A stretch of 64,000 bases of DNA from IMG/VR virus record IMGVR_UViG_3300028591_000094, positions 32,001-96,000 of that record, one strand, 5' to 3'. Each line of letters opens with the position of its first letter. The first letter of the stretch is position 1. Below, one piece after another: positions 43,330-53,900 of this stretch. This DNA comes from a virus. Its lineage: Duplodnaviria; Caudoviricetes. A model generated the notes under the pieces. The model ran no database searches and was not told the origin of the DNA. It saw only the letters and a list, made by a program, of their open reading frames with translations. Made by a program: the position numbers and the translations under genes.

Positions 43330-43829
43330 TGTTCGTGTTCTTGTTTTTTCTTGTTTATTTGTGACACGAGAGTTTTCAGGAACGGGGTGTACATCATATC
43401 GATAGTCTCCCAGTCAACGTGGTCTTTCAAAACTCCTGTGGTATCGTACAATAGCGGTGTTCCGAACGCCTTGTCATCTATGTAGAACGTTGCATACATT
43501 TTCTTGCAGCCTGGGTCGCGTTCTTCATTCTCAGGATTAACGTTAACCCCGTCGAATGTAAACCCGCAGTTGGCGCACCAAACCACCGCAGCCTCCAGGT
43601 CTTTCCCGTGTCTCATGGTATGCAGGAGAATTTTACACCCTAAATCATGTTGCCACTTGTGAAGAACCTGAAATACGTTGCCGTTCGGTCTGACAATGTT
43701 GGGGTATCCGTCCGTAAGGGCTATTGTACTGTCGAAATCCACTGCTATCGATATTCCATGTTTAGCCAGTGCCACCACTTCGGTTGTAAGGTGGTTGTTA
43801 ACTCTCAATATGTCTGTTCTTTTTATCAT
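43326..43829 (-). CDS. HAD-superfamily hydrolase
   Basis: IAVDFDSTI, T.R, K, YIDDK. Confidence 0.85.
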   Translation of the reverse strand: MIKRTDILRVNNHLTTEVVALAKHGISIAVDFDSTIALTDGYPNIVRPNGNVFQVLHKWQHDLGCKILLHTMRHGKDLEAAVVWCANCGFTFDGVNVNPENEERDPGCKKMYATFYIDDKAFGTPLLYDTTGVLKDHVDWETIDMMYTPFLKTLVSQINKKKQEHEQ

Positions 43830-43883
43830 TTCACTTAGATAACGGTAATTTCCGAATTTTCGTACGAAATGGTTGCTTTTTTT

Positions 43884-44078
43884 TTAATTCTGGATACTAA
43901 TCGACTGTTCTGCTGGCAAGAAATCGAAGTCGTCCTCGTTGAATGTTGCATTCTTGCCGAACTTGTACTTGGGGTCGTCCGAATCCGAGTGGATTATAAC
44001 CCCCACATTTTTATTAGTAAAGAAAATCACAACATCCTTCCCGTCAACTTGTTTGTAGCCTAAATAAGGGTAAATCAT
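43884..44078 (-). CDS. Hypothetical protein
   Basis: ORF. Confidence 0.5.
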   Translation of the reverse strand: MIYPYLGYKQVDGKDVVIFFTNKNVGVIIHSDSDDPKYKFGKNATFNEDDFDFLPAEQSISIQN

Positions 44079-44319
44079 AGTGTTTCTATTGTTTTAAATC
44101 TTTATTAAGTATAATATAATAATATTTCTTTCCGAAAACAAACTCAAAGCTCGTCTATCGCCACGAAATGTCGGCAGTTGTTGTTGTGTACCCTATGCCA
44201 GAAATCGGCGTACTTCTCAGCCTCCTCACTGGTCAGGAACAGCACCTTCATGCCGTGCGACTCAATCGGGTGCCAGGTTCCCTCGAGAACCATGATGAAA
44301 AACATCTGTTTGCTCTTAC

Positions 44320-44721
44320 TCACTTTTCAATGTCTTTAAGAAGATTTTCCAAATAATCGCGGGCTAACTCGACCTCCGCGCGTGCGGCTCTGATTTTATC
44401 CAGGTCTTGTTCTGTATAGGGTCGATTGCCATTGCAGAAATCCTTGTATGATATAGTTTTGGCACATCCCAAGGTTTCCAGTTCAACCACATAGTCACTC
44501 CACTTGAAAAGTGAGCCTTCATATGTCTCGTTATCCACGGCGTATTTAAGGTCTCTGAAGTCGATGAAATGGTCGCACAGTTCAAGGATACCGCCGACTT
44601 CACCCCCAACCCAGTAATAGTCGGGTTCAATGTTTTCTGAATGGCAGAATGCCCTGCAGTATGCATTGACAACTTCTTGATAGCGTTCAAACAGGTCGTA
44701 GACTTCTTGCGTTTTGCTCAT
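44320..44721 (-). CDS. Hypothetical protein
   Basis: ORF in operon. Confidence 0.6.
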   Translation of the reverse strand: MSKTQEVYDLFERYQEVVNAYCRAFCHSENIEPDYYWVGGEVGGILELCDHFIDFRDLKYAVDNETYEGSLFKWSDYVVELETLGCAKTISYKDFCNGNRPYTEQDLDKIRAARAEVELARDYLENLLKDIEK

Positions 44722-45128
44722 TGTTTTTGTTTGTTTTTTTCGTTATACTCTCTTGCTTTTTTGACTATCATCTCCCTCACGGCATACCTTCTGACCTGGT
44801 CGATGATAAAATCAGCGTGACAGGATTCGTCCAGGCGGCAGTAGCACCCCACATACACCGTGTCGTATTTCTTGTAAGCCTCGACAATCTGGCGAAAAGC
44901 TTTCTGAAATGGTCTGGCTTGCAGGTCGGTGGACTCCATCATCTTCTTGAAATACTGTTTGTATAGTTCGATGGCGGTGTCCCTGTCCTTGACCTTTACA
45001 AGAGCCTTGGTATTCCTGTCCTTGATGTGGGTGTAGGGGTTGCCCAAGATACCAGCGCGCGAGACGTCGAACGCATTGTCACCCACGTGGTCTTCCGTCA
45101 GCTTGCAGTATCTTATAATCTTACTCAT
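44718..45128 (-). CDS. DUF4326-like protein
   Basis: R...GNPY, R..AI..Y, GCYC....CHAD. Confidence 0.78.
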   Translation of the reverse strand: MSKIIRYCKLTEDHVGDNAFDVSRAGILGNPYTHIKDRNTKALVKVKDRDTAIELYKQYFKKMMESTDLQARPFQKAFRQIVEAYKKYDTVYVGCYCRLDESCHADFIIDQVRRYAVREMIVKKAREYNEKNKQKQ

Positions 45129-45253
45129 TAACGTAACAGTGGGTCATAATTAAAAATTGTTTTCACCTTTACTATTAATATACGATTTTTTCTCTAAACG
45201 TTTTGAAAATATTTGGAAAAAGAATATATTTATCTATATAAATCACGTTGAAA

Positions 45254-45754
45254 ATGAACATAAAGAGTTATATATCGAAATTGGTGAACGAATGTATTCA
45301 CGCAAATCAGGAGGAGAATCTCCGCGAAAGCATACGCCCGATGGTAGCCAAAGCCCTCATGGAATCAATGTATGAAAAAAAGGATGACAACAAGAAGGAT
45401 GAGGATGAAATTGAAGCGACTGTCGAAAAACTTATGCAAGACCCCGAATTCAAGGAGAAAGCTATTGAGTATCTTGATGACGAAGACGCTTTCAAGAGCT
45501 GGAGCGATTCGTTTGACAAGAAAACCTATGATAAACTCGACAATATGTCTGACGGTGCCAAGCGCAGAATCATATCCCAGTTGCTCCAAGACGAGAAAAT
45601 CAATCACGCTCCAATAGCATATGCCCTCTGGCCTAGTATGTCTGAGGATGCCGCCCGTTCATGGTTTGCCAAGAAAGTGAACGGTACTAACGGCGAGGAA
45701 TTTACTGACGAAGAATACGCTCAGATATACAACCTATTACACAACAGACTTTAA
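45254..45754 (+). CDS. Hypothetical late protein
   Basis: TATTTAT upstream; VNE, LRE and LME motifs. Confidence 0.65.
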   Translation: MNIKSYISKLVNECIHANQEENLRESIRPMVAKALMESMYEKKDDNKKDEDEIEATVEKLMQDPEFKEKAIEYLDDEDAFKSWSDSFDKKTYDKLDNMSDGAKRRIISQLLQDEKINHAPIAYALWPSMSEDAARSWFAKKVNGTNGEEFTDEEYAQIYNLLHNRL

Positions 45755-45821
45755 GAATCATCGATTCATAAACAAAAGCCCCCAAGGAATTGAGGGCTTT
45801 TTTGTTTTGTTGTTATTTTTT

Positions 45822-46307
45822 CTATTCCTCTTTGTGCCAGATGTTTTGGTAGTCGTAGCACCAGTAGGTGACGCCTGGCTGAATGCCCTCGGTGCAGAAC
45901 TGCAGCAATATGTCCATAATGTGCTTCAGATGCGTTACCATGAAACTGTCGAGCTCAATCATGTGCTCCATATCCTCTGGCGGAAACTTTGCCCCTGTCG
46001 GGTCTTCCAGGGTGTCGGGATATGCGTGGTCGTGGATTCCAATAATCCAGGCAATCTGTTCCCAAATGAAGCTGCCGCCCCAAAGGTTGAAATTATCAAA
46101 CCCGTATACACTGTCAATCCCAATATGGTACTTCTCAAGGACATCGCCGACAGTACAGTCCTCCTCGCCACCGTTGGGTAGCCGCATTCGGGTTCGAATA
46201 TTATACTGGTCGTAACTTTTGAGAATTTCCTCAAAATTAATCTGGCTGAAATTCATAGCCTTTATCAGCGCTATGTGTTCCTCGGTAAAAGTTAGTTTAA
46301 TTTTCAT
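45822..46307 (-). CDS. Hypothetical protein
   Basis: ORF. Confidence 0.65.
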   Translation of the reverse strand: MKIKLTFTEEHIALIKAMNFSQINFEEILKSYDQYNIRTRMRLPNGGEEDCTVGDVLEKYHIGIDSVYGFDNFNLWGGSFIWEQIAWIIGIHDHAYPDTLEDPTGAKFPPEDMEHMIELDSFMVTHLKHIMDILLQFCTEGIQPGVTYWCYDYQNIWHKEE

Positions 46308-46324
46308 AATTAAATATTTGATTA

Positions 46325-47215
46325 TTAAATGAATAATGACTTTTGAGCTTGTAATTTTGACATTGCTGAGCGGAGAAGCTTGTTAACCTTGACAACACTC
46401 ACCCCAAGTTCCCACGCTAAACCGCTCACCGTCATTTCACGTCCGTCCAGCCCGTACTTTTTGACAATTACGTAGCGTTCGGTGTCGGACAATTTTTGTA
46501 GTGCGCGCATGAGATTTTCATGTAGCAGCTTGGTGTCAATATCTTCCTCAATTCTGGCATCCAATCCGATTTCACGGGTCGGTTCGTCGTCATCCTCGTT
46601 GTTCGCGGGGAGTAGAATGTCTATCGGTTCAACGGTTACATTTACCAAATCCAGCTTGTTTTTGATAATGATTCCCGCCGCCAGGAACTCGTCGTGAAGT
46701 TCATCCAGACTCGGGTAATATCCGTTCTTGTTGAAAAACTGTTCGGTGATGCGGTCGATAACACCATGAACCTTTGTGTGATTAGGTTGGTAGATTAGGT
46801 TGTTGTCTTCAAGAAACTCGAAGATGTATTTTAGAATATATCGGCTGGCAAACGTAATGAACTTGGTATTTTTGCTGGCGTCGAAACGGTCAAGGGCTAT
46901 ATTCAACCCGACGTTAGCTTCGCTTATCAGGTCGCAGATGTCAACGTCCGACGGTCTGTAGCGTTTCGCCGCCATGAAAACGAATTTCTGGTGGCTGCTA
47001 ATTACGGTTGTCTTGGCTTGCATGTAGCCTGGACGCTTTTCCTGGTATGTAACAATTAATTCCAATTCTTTCTCCCACGGCAGCTGGTTGTATTTGTCCG
47101 CATCGTGCAAATATCTCTCCAGGTTGTCGTTTTTTACATTATAAAACCTTGTGTTGTTCAAGTTGGTCAGATTGAGATATGTCTGACTGATTGTCGGTCT
47201 CTTAAATTCTTTCAT
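46325..47215 (-). CDS. RNA polymerase sigma-70 family factor
   Basis: Region 1.2 YL, region 2 DLISEANVGL..A.DRFD....KFITFA, region 4 HTH. Confidence 0.9.
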   Translation of the reverse strand: MKEFKRPTISQTYLNLTNLNNTRFYNVKNDNLERYLHDADKYNQLPWEKELELIVTYQEKRPGYMQAKTTVISSHQKFVFMAAKRYRPSDVDICDLISEANVGLNIALDRFDASKNTKFITFASRYILKYIFEFLEDNNLIYQPNHTKVHGVIDRITEQFFNKNGYYPSLDELHDEFLAAGIIIKNKLDLVNVTVEPIDILLPANNEDDDEPTREIGLDARIEEDIDTKLLHENLMRALQKLSDTERYVIVKKYGLDGREMTVSGLAWELGVSVVKVNKLLRSAMSKLQAQKSLFI

Positions 47216-47238
47216 ATATTTTTTGCATTTAATTGAGT

Positions 47239-47640
47239 CTAAAGTTTTTTACATAGTTTAACCATCGAGCTTAAACCGTTGGCATCACTTGGCGTAAAAA
47301 CAGCCATCTGTGTATCAAGTGGTAGATAACCGTGCCGTCGGTACCACTCATAGGCTACCGTATCTGGCGTTGCATATAGATATACCCTGTCAAACCCCAT
47401 GCTCTTAGCCTCTTTCTCACACTCAACTAACAGTTTGTTACCATAGCCTCGCATTCGACGTTTGGGGTGTACCGACATGCTGGTAATAACAGCCTCGCGC
47501 ACCTCCACAAGTTTGTCTGTGGCTTCATCCAACTCGTATTCATTACTAACACCAACGGTGGCTGTACCGTACCCATTTGATGTGATGCAAATTACACTGT
47601 CACCCCAACTCCAATTATTGCGATGTTTAATTATCTTCAT
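47239..47640 (-). CDS. GNAT acetyltransferase
   Basis: V.PKRRMRGYG..L and WY.R.GY. Confidence 0.85.
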   Translation of the reverse strand: MKIIKHRNNWSWGDSVICITSNGYGTATVGVSNEYELDEATDKLVEVREAVITSMSVHPKRRMRGYGNKLLVECEKEAKSMGFDRVYLYATPDTVAYEWYRRHGYLPLDTQMAVFTPSDANGLSSMVKLCKKL

Positions 47641-47699
47641 ATTATTAAAACACAAAACTTTACCAAAACTTTTCTTATATTTTGGACTTTTATTCACAT

Positions 47700-47729
47700 A
47701 TATAACGCAATGAACAGGCTTTTTTGTAC
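47700..47729 (-). promoter_or_regulatory. Class II promoter motif (drives GNAT-sigma operon)
   Basis: GTACAAAAA-N11-TGCGTTATAT. Confidence 0.8.
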
Positions 47730-47761
47730 GGGATGTTCAGCTTTTTTCTTCGATTGTCCAT

Positions 47762-48295
47762 CTATTTTTTCTTTTTAAGTATAACAATTGTTCTGGTTCC
47801 TTCAGCTTTGGGCATCGATTCTGGCACTGCGACCTCGTTCACCATCATTATGAACTCAAACAATGCCTTTTCAGACTCTTCGCGTCGGCTGAGTTCGCGC
47901 TGGCGCATTGTCAACACAACCTTAACCTTGTCACCGTCGTTGATGAATTCCATCGCTTTCTTTGCCTTGGTGTTCATGTCGTTCTGTGCGATGTTTGTCG
48001 ACAGCTGTATTTCTTTTAATTCGGTTTTCTTCTGTTTGTTCGCCTTGGCTTTTTTCTTTTCCTCGTACATATACTTGGAATAACTGGCTATCTTCAGGAT
48101 TGGCGGATTCGCTGCAGGGTTGATTTCAATTAAATCCAGTTCTAATTTATTTGAAAGTTTTTTTGCCTCTTTCAGACTCATCACGTTTGACGCGTATTCA
48201 TCTCCGTCGGGGTATATCACTCTCACATTGTAGTCACCGTACAGTTCGTCATTGATTCTCGGCTCGTTGTTCTTTTTGTTGAAGTTTTTTCCCAT
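47762..48295 (-). CDS. infC: Translation initiation factor IF-3
   Basis: RIND, LDLIEI.P.A.PP, KY.YE..KK, KEIQL..NI..D..K, GDKVKV. Confidence 0.93.
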   Translation of the reverse strand: MGKNFNKKNNEPRINDELYGDYNVRVIYPDGDEYASNVMSLKEAKKLSNKLELDLIEINPAANPPILKIASYSKYMYEEKKKAKANKQKKTELKEIQLSTNIAQNDMNTKAKKAMEFINDGDKVKVVLTMRQRELSRREESEKALFEFIMMVNEVAVPESMPKAEGTRTIVILKKKK

Positions 48296-48298
48296 TGA

Positions 48299-48874
48299 CT
48301 AATGTCTTAGATATAATTTAGCTATAATTTCGTCTTTGTGCTTTACAAGTTCGTTGTATTTATCCCATTCCTTGTTCCTTTTGTATATGTTAAACTTGCG
48401 CAAATGTTGAGCAATCTCCTGTCTACGGTTAAACTGTGGGAAATCATAGACGGTTAGGTCGAGGTTTTTCGTGTTTTCTTCAATGATTTTCAAACATCTT
48501 TCCTTGTCACCGTTTCCATCGAACGGGGATGAGCCCACAATAGTCGTCGCGACTTTCTTCCCCTTGAACTCTTGGTTGGCTGTTGCAAGACAGTTTTCCA
48601 AAGCGTCATAGTTGAGGTAGTCGCGCTTCGAGTGCGGGTATCCGCAAATATACATAAGGGATATTATAGGTGTTGTGTCAACGGTCAACCGCTTGCCGTA
48701 CTTGCGTCTGTCAGCATACGGTGTCTGTTTGTTAGCTTCTTCCAAACCTGGGTATTTAACAACCATCTTGGACTGAAAACCCTGGGTCAGCAGATTATAA
48801 ATACTGGTTCCCACAAGGATTACTTCATAATTATCAGTATCCCAAATAAGGTCTTTGTTTTCAATAATTTCCAT
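48299..48874 (-). CDS. Macro-domain-like protein
   Basis: DL..ILV...G....KYP, LNYDALENCL, G....GNG pattern; divergent. Confidence 0.5.
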   Translation of the reverse strand: MEIIENKDLIWDTDNYEVILVGTSIYNLLTQGFQSKMVVKYPGLEEANKQTPYADRRKYGKRLTVDTTPIISLMYICGYPHSKRDYLNYDALENCLATANQEFKGKKVATTIVGSSPFDGNGDKERCLKIIEENTKNLDLTVYDFPQFNRRQEIAQHLRKFNIYKRNKEWDKYNELVKHKDEIIAKLYLRH

Positions 48875-49286
48875 TTAATATCTTCTCGTAGAAAATTATA
48901 TGCTGTTTATGTGTCAACGGTTTAAGTTCCTCCCATGACATCCATCTATACTGGTCGATTTCGGGTGTTACCCCGTTTGGGCATAAATTAGAGTGGCATT
49001 CGGCTGGATTTATGTCCTCGACTTTCACGCCGAACGCACCAACGTTTTTCTTAGGGTTCTGTTTCACCTGTCCTAAATAGACCATTGCATTTTTATATGC
49101 TGTTAGGTCGACACCGCTCTCCTCCCTGAACTCACGCAACGCTGTCTCGAGGTCATTCTCATCACCCTCAGTACCGCCTTTCAGCAAAGCCCAATAGTTG
49201 TCACGGCACCCGCCTGGATGCCCGACAAAAAACAGGAGTTGCCTATTTACTTCTTTATACGGTATAATACCAACTGATTTTTTCAT
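48861..49286 (-). CDS. NUDIX hydrolase
   Basis: KGG.EGDE..LETALREFREESG, HPGG, PEID. Confidence 0.9.
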   Translation of the reverse strand: MKKSVGIIPYKEVNRQLLFFVGHPGGCRDNYWALLKGGTEGDENDLETALREFREESGVDLTAYKNAMVYLGQVKQNPKKNVGAFGVKVEDINPAECHSNLCPNGVTPEIDQYRWMSWEELKPLTHKQHIIFYEKILNGNY

Positions 49287-50365
49287 TATTTGAAATTTTT
49301 GCTGTTTTTTAACTCTTTCAACGTTTTCTTTTCATCCTCTGACAGTGTTTTCGGCATAATCTGGTTAACGTACACCAGCATATCCCCATTACGATAACCG
49401 TTCGACAAGCCTTTACCCTTAACAACCACTCGTGAATTCTCCTTGGAACCCTGCGGAATTGTTATTTTCACCTTGGTGCCATCGAGACACGAAACCTCTT
49501 TTTCACACCCCAGGATGCAGTCTATGATATTTACGTTTGTCTTGCAGTAAATGTCAAAGTTGTTGTTGCTGATACCGAAAACGCTGTGTTGCTTGACACG
49601 GAACACAACAATCAGGTCGCCGCATTCGCCCATTCCGTTAGGGGCTTCATTTCCTTTACCCTCCAACACCGTGTAACTGTTATCTCTGGCTGTTGGTGGA
49701 ATTTGTATTGTTACCGTCTCGGATATCTGCACTAGACCGCTACCATGACAATCAGGGCATGGGTCTGTATTTACGGTACCCGTTCCATGGCATGTTGTGC
49801 AGGGCATTCTCTCTATCTGTGTGAAGGCTCCATTTGTGTAGCTTCTTGTACGGACACCTGTTCCGTGACAGTCGGGACATGTCTGGACATTGCCAGACCT
49901 GCTGCCACTGCCGTTGCACTCGGAACACTTGCCCATTCGCTTGTATCTGATGGTTTTCGTTGCGCCGTTGTAGATGTCCTCCAGCGTACACTCCAACGCT
50001 ATCCTGCAGTTGGTACCCTTTGCCACTCTTTGGAAATTCTCTTCTCCGAAACCAGCGAACATATTCTCGTGCATCCGACGGAACATTTCCATCAGGTCGT
50101 TATTGCTGGCGCCCTCGAAACCACCCATGCCTTCTATCGTACCGTATGTGTCGTAGTGCTTGCGCTTTTCAGCATCACTCAGCACCTGGTAGGCTTCGTT
50201 GATGTCCTTAAACTTTTCCTCAGCCTGTTTCTTCTCCTCGTCAGACTTGTCGGTCTGTTTGTCTGGATGGTACTGGGCCGCTAGTTTGCGAAATGCTTTC
50301 TTGATTTCTGCATCCGACGCGCCCTGCGCCACACCTAAGATTGAATAATAGTCTTTGTTTGCCAT
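49286..50365 (-). CDS. dnaJ: Chaperone DnaJ
   Basis: J domain HPD and four CxxCxGxG repeats. Confidence 0.95.
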   Translation of the reverse strand: MANKDYYSILGVAQGASDAEIKKAFRKLAAQYHPDKQTDKSDEEKKQAEEKFKDINEAYQVLSDAEKRKHYDTYGTIEGMGGFEGASNNDLMEMFRRMHENMFAGFGEENFQRVAKGTNCRIALECTLEDIYNGATKTIRYKRMGKCSECNGSGSRSGNVQTCPDCHGTGVRTRSYTNGAFTQIERMPCTTCHGTGTVNTDPCPDCHGSGLVQISETVTIQIPPTARDNSYTVLEGKGNEAPNGMGECGDLIVVFRVKQHSVFGISNNNFDIYCKTNVNIIDCILGCEKEVSCLDGTKVKITIPQGSKENSRVVVKGKGLSNGYRNGDMLVYVNQIMPKTLSEDEKKTLKELKNSKNFK

Positions 50366-50410
50366 GTTGTTTAAGAAAGGGGGAGAGTGTGCCCTCCCCC
50401 GTCGCTTGCA

Positions 50411-52303
50411 TTAATTGTTTGATTTCTTCCCATTAAACATATTCCCGAACTGGTTCATGAAGTCCGCCCCGTTCGCCGACTGAGCACCTCCCTGTCCGTA
50501 TGCCTTGGCGCTGATGCTGTACATACGTTCCTGGACTTCCTTCTCAACCGATTCGAAATTGTCGAAAGATTTTTCCTCTTTCATTTTCTTTATTTCCTCT
50601 TTCTTGTTTTCAAAGAATGTCTTATCATCCTCCGTCACCACATCGGACTTGTCTTTCAACCCGTCAACCAATTGGTCTATTCCGTAAATCAACCCCTCGC
50701 ATTTGTTTGCAATTTCCAGGTCTTTCTGAGTCTTGGCGTCCTCATCGGCATGCGCCTGGGCATCGGCTTTCATGCGCTCGATTTCATCTTCACTCAAGCC
50801 AGACTTGGCTTCAATACGGATGTTATGGGACTTACCTGTTGCTTTGTCAAGTGCACTTACACTCAAAATACCATTGGCATCAATGTCGAATGATACTTCA
50901 ATTTGGGGCACCCCGCGTTTGGCTGGCATTATACCCTCAAGGTTGAACATACCGATTGTCTTGTTGTCGTTTGCCATCGGGCGGCATCCCTGCAAGACGC
51001 GGATTGTTACTTCGGGCTGATTGTCCACCGCCGTGGTAAAAATCTGACTCTTCTTGGTTGGAATGGTTGTGTTGGCTTCAATGAGCGTCGTCATTACACC
51101 GCCCTCGGTCTCGATACCCAAGTTCAAGGGGGTTACATCGAGCAGTAACACGTCGTTGACTTCACCGCTCAACACACCGCCCTGGATAGCGGCACCGATT
51201 GCAACTACCTCGTCTGGATTTACACCCTTGGATGGTGTTTTTCCGAAGAACTGTTCAACAACATTCTGAACCGCAGGGATACGAGTCGAGCCGCCTACAA
51301 GTATCACTTCGTCAATGTCACCATTACTCAACCCCGCATCTGACATAGCTTTCTTGCAGGGCTCCAGTGTTGCCTTGATAAGTTTGTCGCAAATCTGTTC
51401 GAACTTGGCTCGTGTCAGTTTCTTTACAAGGTGTTGTGGAACACCATCTAGAACTGTAATATAAGGTAGATTGATTTCCGTTTCAATTGTTGACGAAAGC
51501 TCAATTTTAGCCTTTTCAGCAGCCTCTTTCAAACGCTGCATTGCCATTGGGTCTTTCTTCAAGTCGATTGACGTGTCATTCTTGAATTCGTCAGCGAGCC
51601 AGTTAATGATTTCCTGGTCAAAATCGTCGCCCCCAAGATGTGTGTCACCGTTAGTTGACAGAACCTCGAACACACCGTCACCGAGGGATAATATAGAAAT
51701 GTCAAACGTACCACCACCGAGGTCAAATACGGCGACATTCATGTCCTTATCAGTCTTGTCAAGACCATAGGCAAGTGCCGCAGCGGTCGGTTCGTTTACA
51801 ATACGCAAGACGTTCAATCCAGCAATCTCGCCAGCCTCCTTGGTTGCTTGGCGCTGAGAGTCACTGAAATAAGCAGGTACTGTGATGACGGCGTCCTTTA
51901 CTTCCTCACCAAGATAATCCTCTGCAGTTTTCTTCATTTTCTGTAAGATTATTGCAGAAATTTCCTGGGGGGTGTAGACTTTTCCATCGATGTCGACGCG
52001 CGCCGAATTATTGTCACCCTTGACAACTTTGTACGACATGTTCTCAATCTCCTTGGTTACCGCATCGAACGGTTCGCCCATGAAGCGCTTGATTGATGAA
52101 ACGGTGTTCTTGGGGTTTGTCACAGCCTGACGCTTGGCTGGGTCACCCACCTTGCGCTCTCCGCTGCTGATAAAGCCCACTACCGAAGGGGTCGTCCTAC
52201 GACCCTCGTTGTTTGCAATGACCACAGGGTCTTTTCCTTCCATGACCGCAACGCACGAATTTGTCGTTCCTAGGTCAATTCCAATTACTTTACTCATTTT
52301 CAT
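50411..52303 (-). CDS. dnaK: Chaperone DnaK
   Basis: [31 protein letters not shown]. Confidence 0.97.
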   Translation of the reverse strand: MKMSKVIGIDLGTTNSCVAVMEGKDPVVIANNEGRRTTPSVVGFISSGERKVGDPAKRQAVTNPKNTVSSIKRFMGEPFDAVTKEIENMSYKVVKGDNNSARVDIDGKVYTPQEISAIILQKMKKTAEDYLGEEVKDAVITVPAYFSDSQRQATKEAGEIAGLNVLRIVNEPTAAALAYGLDKTDKDMNVAVFDLGGGTFDISILSLGDGVFEVLSTNGDTHLGGDDFDQEIINWLADEFKNDTSIDLKKDPMAMQRLKEAAEKAKIELSSTIETEINLPYITVLDGVPQHLVKKLTRAKFEQICDKLIKATLEPCKKAMSDAGLSNGDIDEVILVGGSTRIPAVQNVVEQFFGKTPSKGVNPDEVVAIGAAIQGGVLSGEVNDVLLLDVTPLNLGIETEGGVMTTLIEANTTIPTKKSQIFTTAVDNQPEVTIRVLQGCRPMANDNKTIGMFNLEGIMPAKRGVPQIEVSFDIDANGILSVSALDKATGKSHNIRIEAKSGLSEDEIERMKADAQAHADEDAKTQKDLEIANKCEGLIYGIDQLVDGLKDKSDVVTEDDKTFFENKKEEIKKMKEEKSFDNFESVEKEVQERMYSISAKAYGQGGAQSANGADFMNQFGNMFNGKKSNN

Positions 52304-52346
52304 TTAATTTTTTAATTACATTATTATTTTTTTGCATATATAATGT

Positions 52347-52401
52347 CACAATTTCCATGCCAATGTCTTTGTTATGCCAATTTGTCATGACATGTCTGCC
52401 A
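52347..52401 (-). promoter_or_regulatory. Sigma54-like -24/-12 element with upstream TGGCA/TGACA repeats
   Basis: TTGGCATGGAAATTGT compared with consensus TGGCACG-N4-TTGC. Confidence 0.5.
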
Positions 52402-52494
52402 CTGTTGCAACATTTTCACAATATCTAACATACGAAAATTTTTTCAATGTGTGTTATATTTATATAATAAATAAGACTATACTATACTGTCGTC

Positions 52495-52686
52495 ATGTGT
52501 GGATGTAAAGCAAATAGCAATTACACTGGCAAACACAAAAAAGTTCAGCCATTGAAAAATGTTCGCAAGGTTACAAGCGAGCCTGTCATGACTGTCATAG
52601 ACGACGGCGACTCGGGATTGAAAATCGTTGTAGGCGAAATAATTGAATCAAACATTTCCAACAATGTGCAACTGCACCAAAAATAA
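52495..52686 (+). CDS. Small hypothetical late protein (MCGCK)
   Basis: TATTTAT upstream. Confidence 0.5.
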   Translation: MCGCKANSNYTGKHKKVQPLKNVRKVTSEPVMTVIDDGDSGLKIVVGEIIESNISNNVQLHQK

Positions 52687-52791
52687 GATTTTGCCGAAAA
52701 GTAGAACTGTTGTTAAGAAACATGTAACATCGTCTAAACGCACGGTTAAACCTTCTCGTAGAATTGTAAGAGGAAAAAGAAGAACCGTCCG

Positions 52792-52980
52792 TTAAGACTG
52801 TTCTTCCTTTTTCTGAGCTTCCTGTTGCTTGAGCCATTCAGCCTTCTCTCGAAACATCTTCTTATATTCGTCAATTATTTTCTGGCGGATATCGGAAGGA
52901 AAAGTTTCCTTATTGTCCAGTTCATAGTCCAGGCTGTCCTGCAGAATCTCGGTGAACTTCTGGGTTGCGTTCTTATCCAT
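52792..52980 (-). CDS. Hypothetical protein
   Basis: ORF trimmed to MDKNAT. Confidence 0.55.
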   Translation of the reverse strand: MDKNATQKFTEILQDSLDYELDNKETFPSDIRQKIIDEYKKMFREKAEWLKQQEAQKKEEQS

Positions 52981-53500
52981 TCTTCTGTTGTTTAGCTGCA
53001 TTCTTGGCTGCACGCTCGGCTGCTTTGCGCTCTTTCTCTTCCTCCTTGGCACGCTTTCTCTCCTCTTGTATCTGGGTGAATGCCATGGAAGCAATCTCAG
53101 CCGCATGAGCCAGGTTCTCGCCGTATTTGGCGTAACCGTCACCCGTAATGCAGATGTTCGGCTTACCAATCTTGATGCTCATGGTGCCAGTATTCTCGTT
53201 TTCCACAATGTTGACGTTGACAAAGGCATCCTCGATTACGAGCTTACGATAGTCGACGTCGTTGACATTTGTTGGCGCCATGCGGTCGAAGATTTCTTCG
53301 TTTACATAAATAATGATAGAGTCGCGCATTTTGGCGAAATACTCTGTTACCGCACTTGATTTGGCAATCTTGATGAGCTCTTTCTGTTTGTCGTCCGAGA
53401 GGATGCGCCAGGTAATCATTCTGTCGAGGTCTGTGGTCTCGCTGATAATGGTTTCGATGAAATCGACAATCGATTCCGAAGTTTCAGTTAATTTTCCCAT
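52973..53500 (-). CDS. Hypothetical protein
   Basis: 175 aa ORF. Confidence 0.65.
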   Translation of the reverse strand: MGKLTETSESIVDFIETIISETTDLDRMITWRILSDDKQKELIKIAKSSAVTEYFAKMRDSIIIYVNEEIFDRMAPTNVNDVDYRKLVIEDAFVNVNIVENENTGTMSIKIGKPNICITGDGYAKYGENLAHAAEIASMAFTQIQEERKRAKEEEKERKAAERAAKNAAKQQKNG

Positions 53501-53541
53501 GTTTAATCTTACTTGTTTTTTAATTTGTATTTATATTTGGA

Positions 53542-53778
53542 TTAATCGTCCAGTCTGACCTTTGGGGCGTGGTTGTACTTGGTATTGAATACATCTTCAC
53601 CTTTGAACAACCACACAGCAGCCTGGATTGCGGCTACGATGGTCGGTATTCCCGTCCAGCAGAAAAGAGCGGCGAAAACACCAGCTACGGTCTGTTTCAG
53701 ATAAAAGTGCTGCAGTCCGATACCACCGAACGCGAAGGCCAGCACGATAAAGCACCAATAATTAAGTTTTTTCTTCAT
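53542..53778 (-). CDS. TM2/NINE domain membrane protein
   Basis: LA..FGGIGLQHFYL, LFCWTGIP, F..KYN. Confidence 0.88.
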   Translation of the reverse strand: MKKKLNYWCFIVLAFAFGGIGLQHFYLKQTVAGVFAALFCWTGIPTIVAAIQAAVWLFKGEDVFNTKYNHAPKVRLDD

Positions 53779-53900
53779 GGAGTTAAAAATTTTATGTTGT
53801 TTCATTCGTTATTAATATACGGAAATTTTCACACAATGTTCATTTTTTTTTGCTTTTTTTGTTGTAATCCGTTATATTAGATAATATTAGATGTTAAAAA

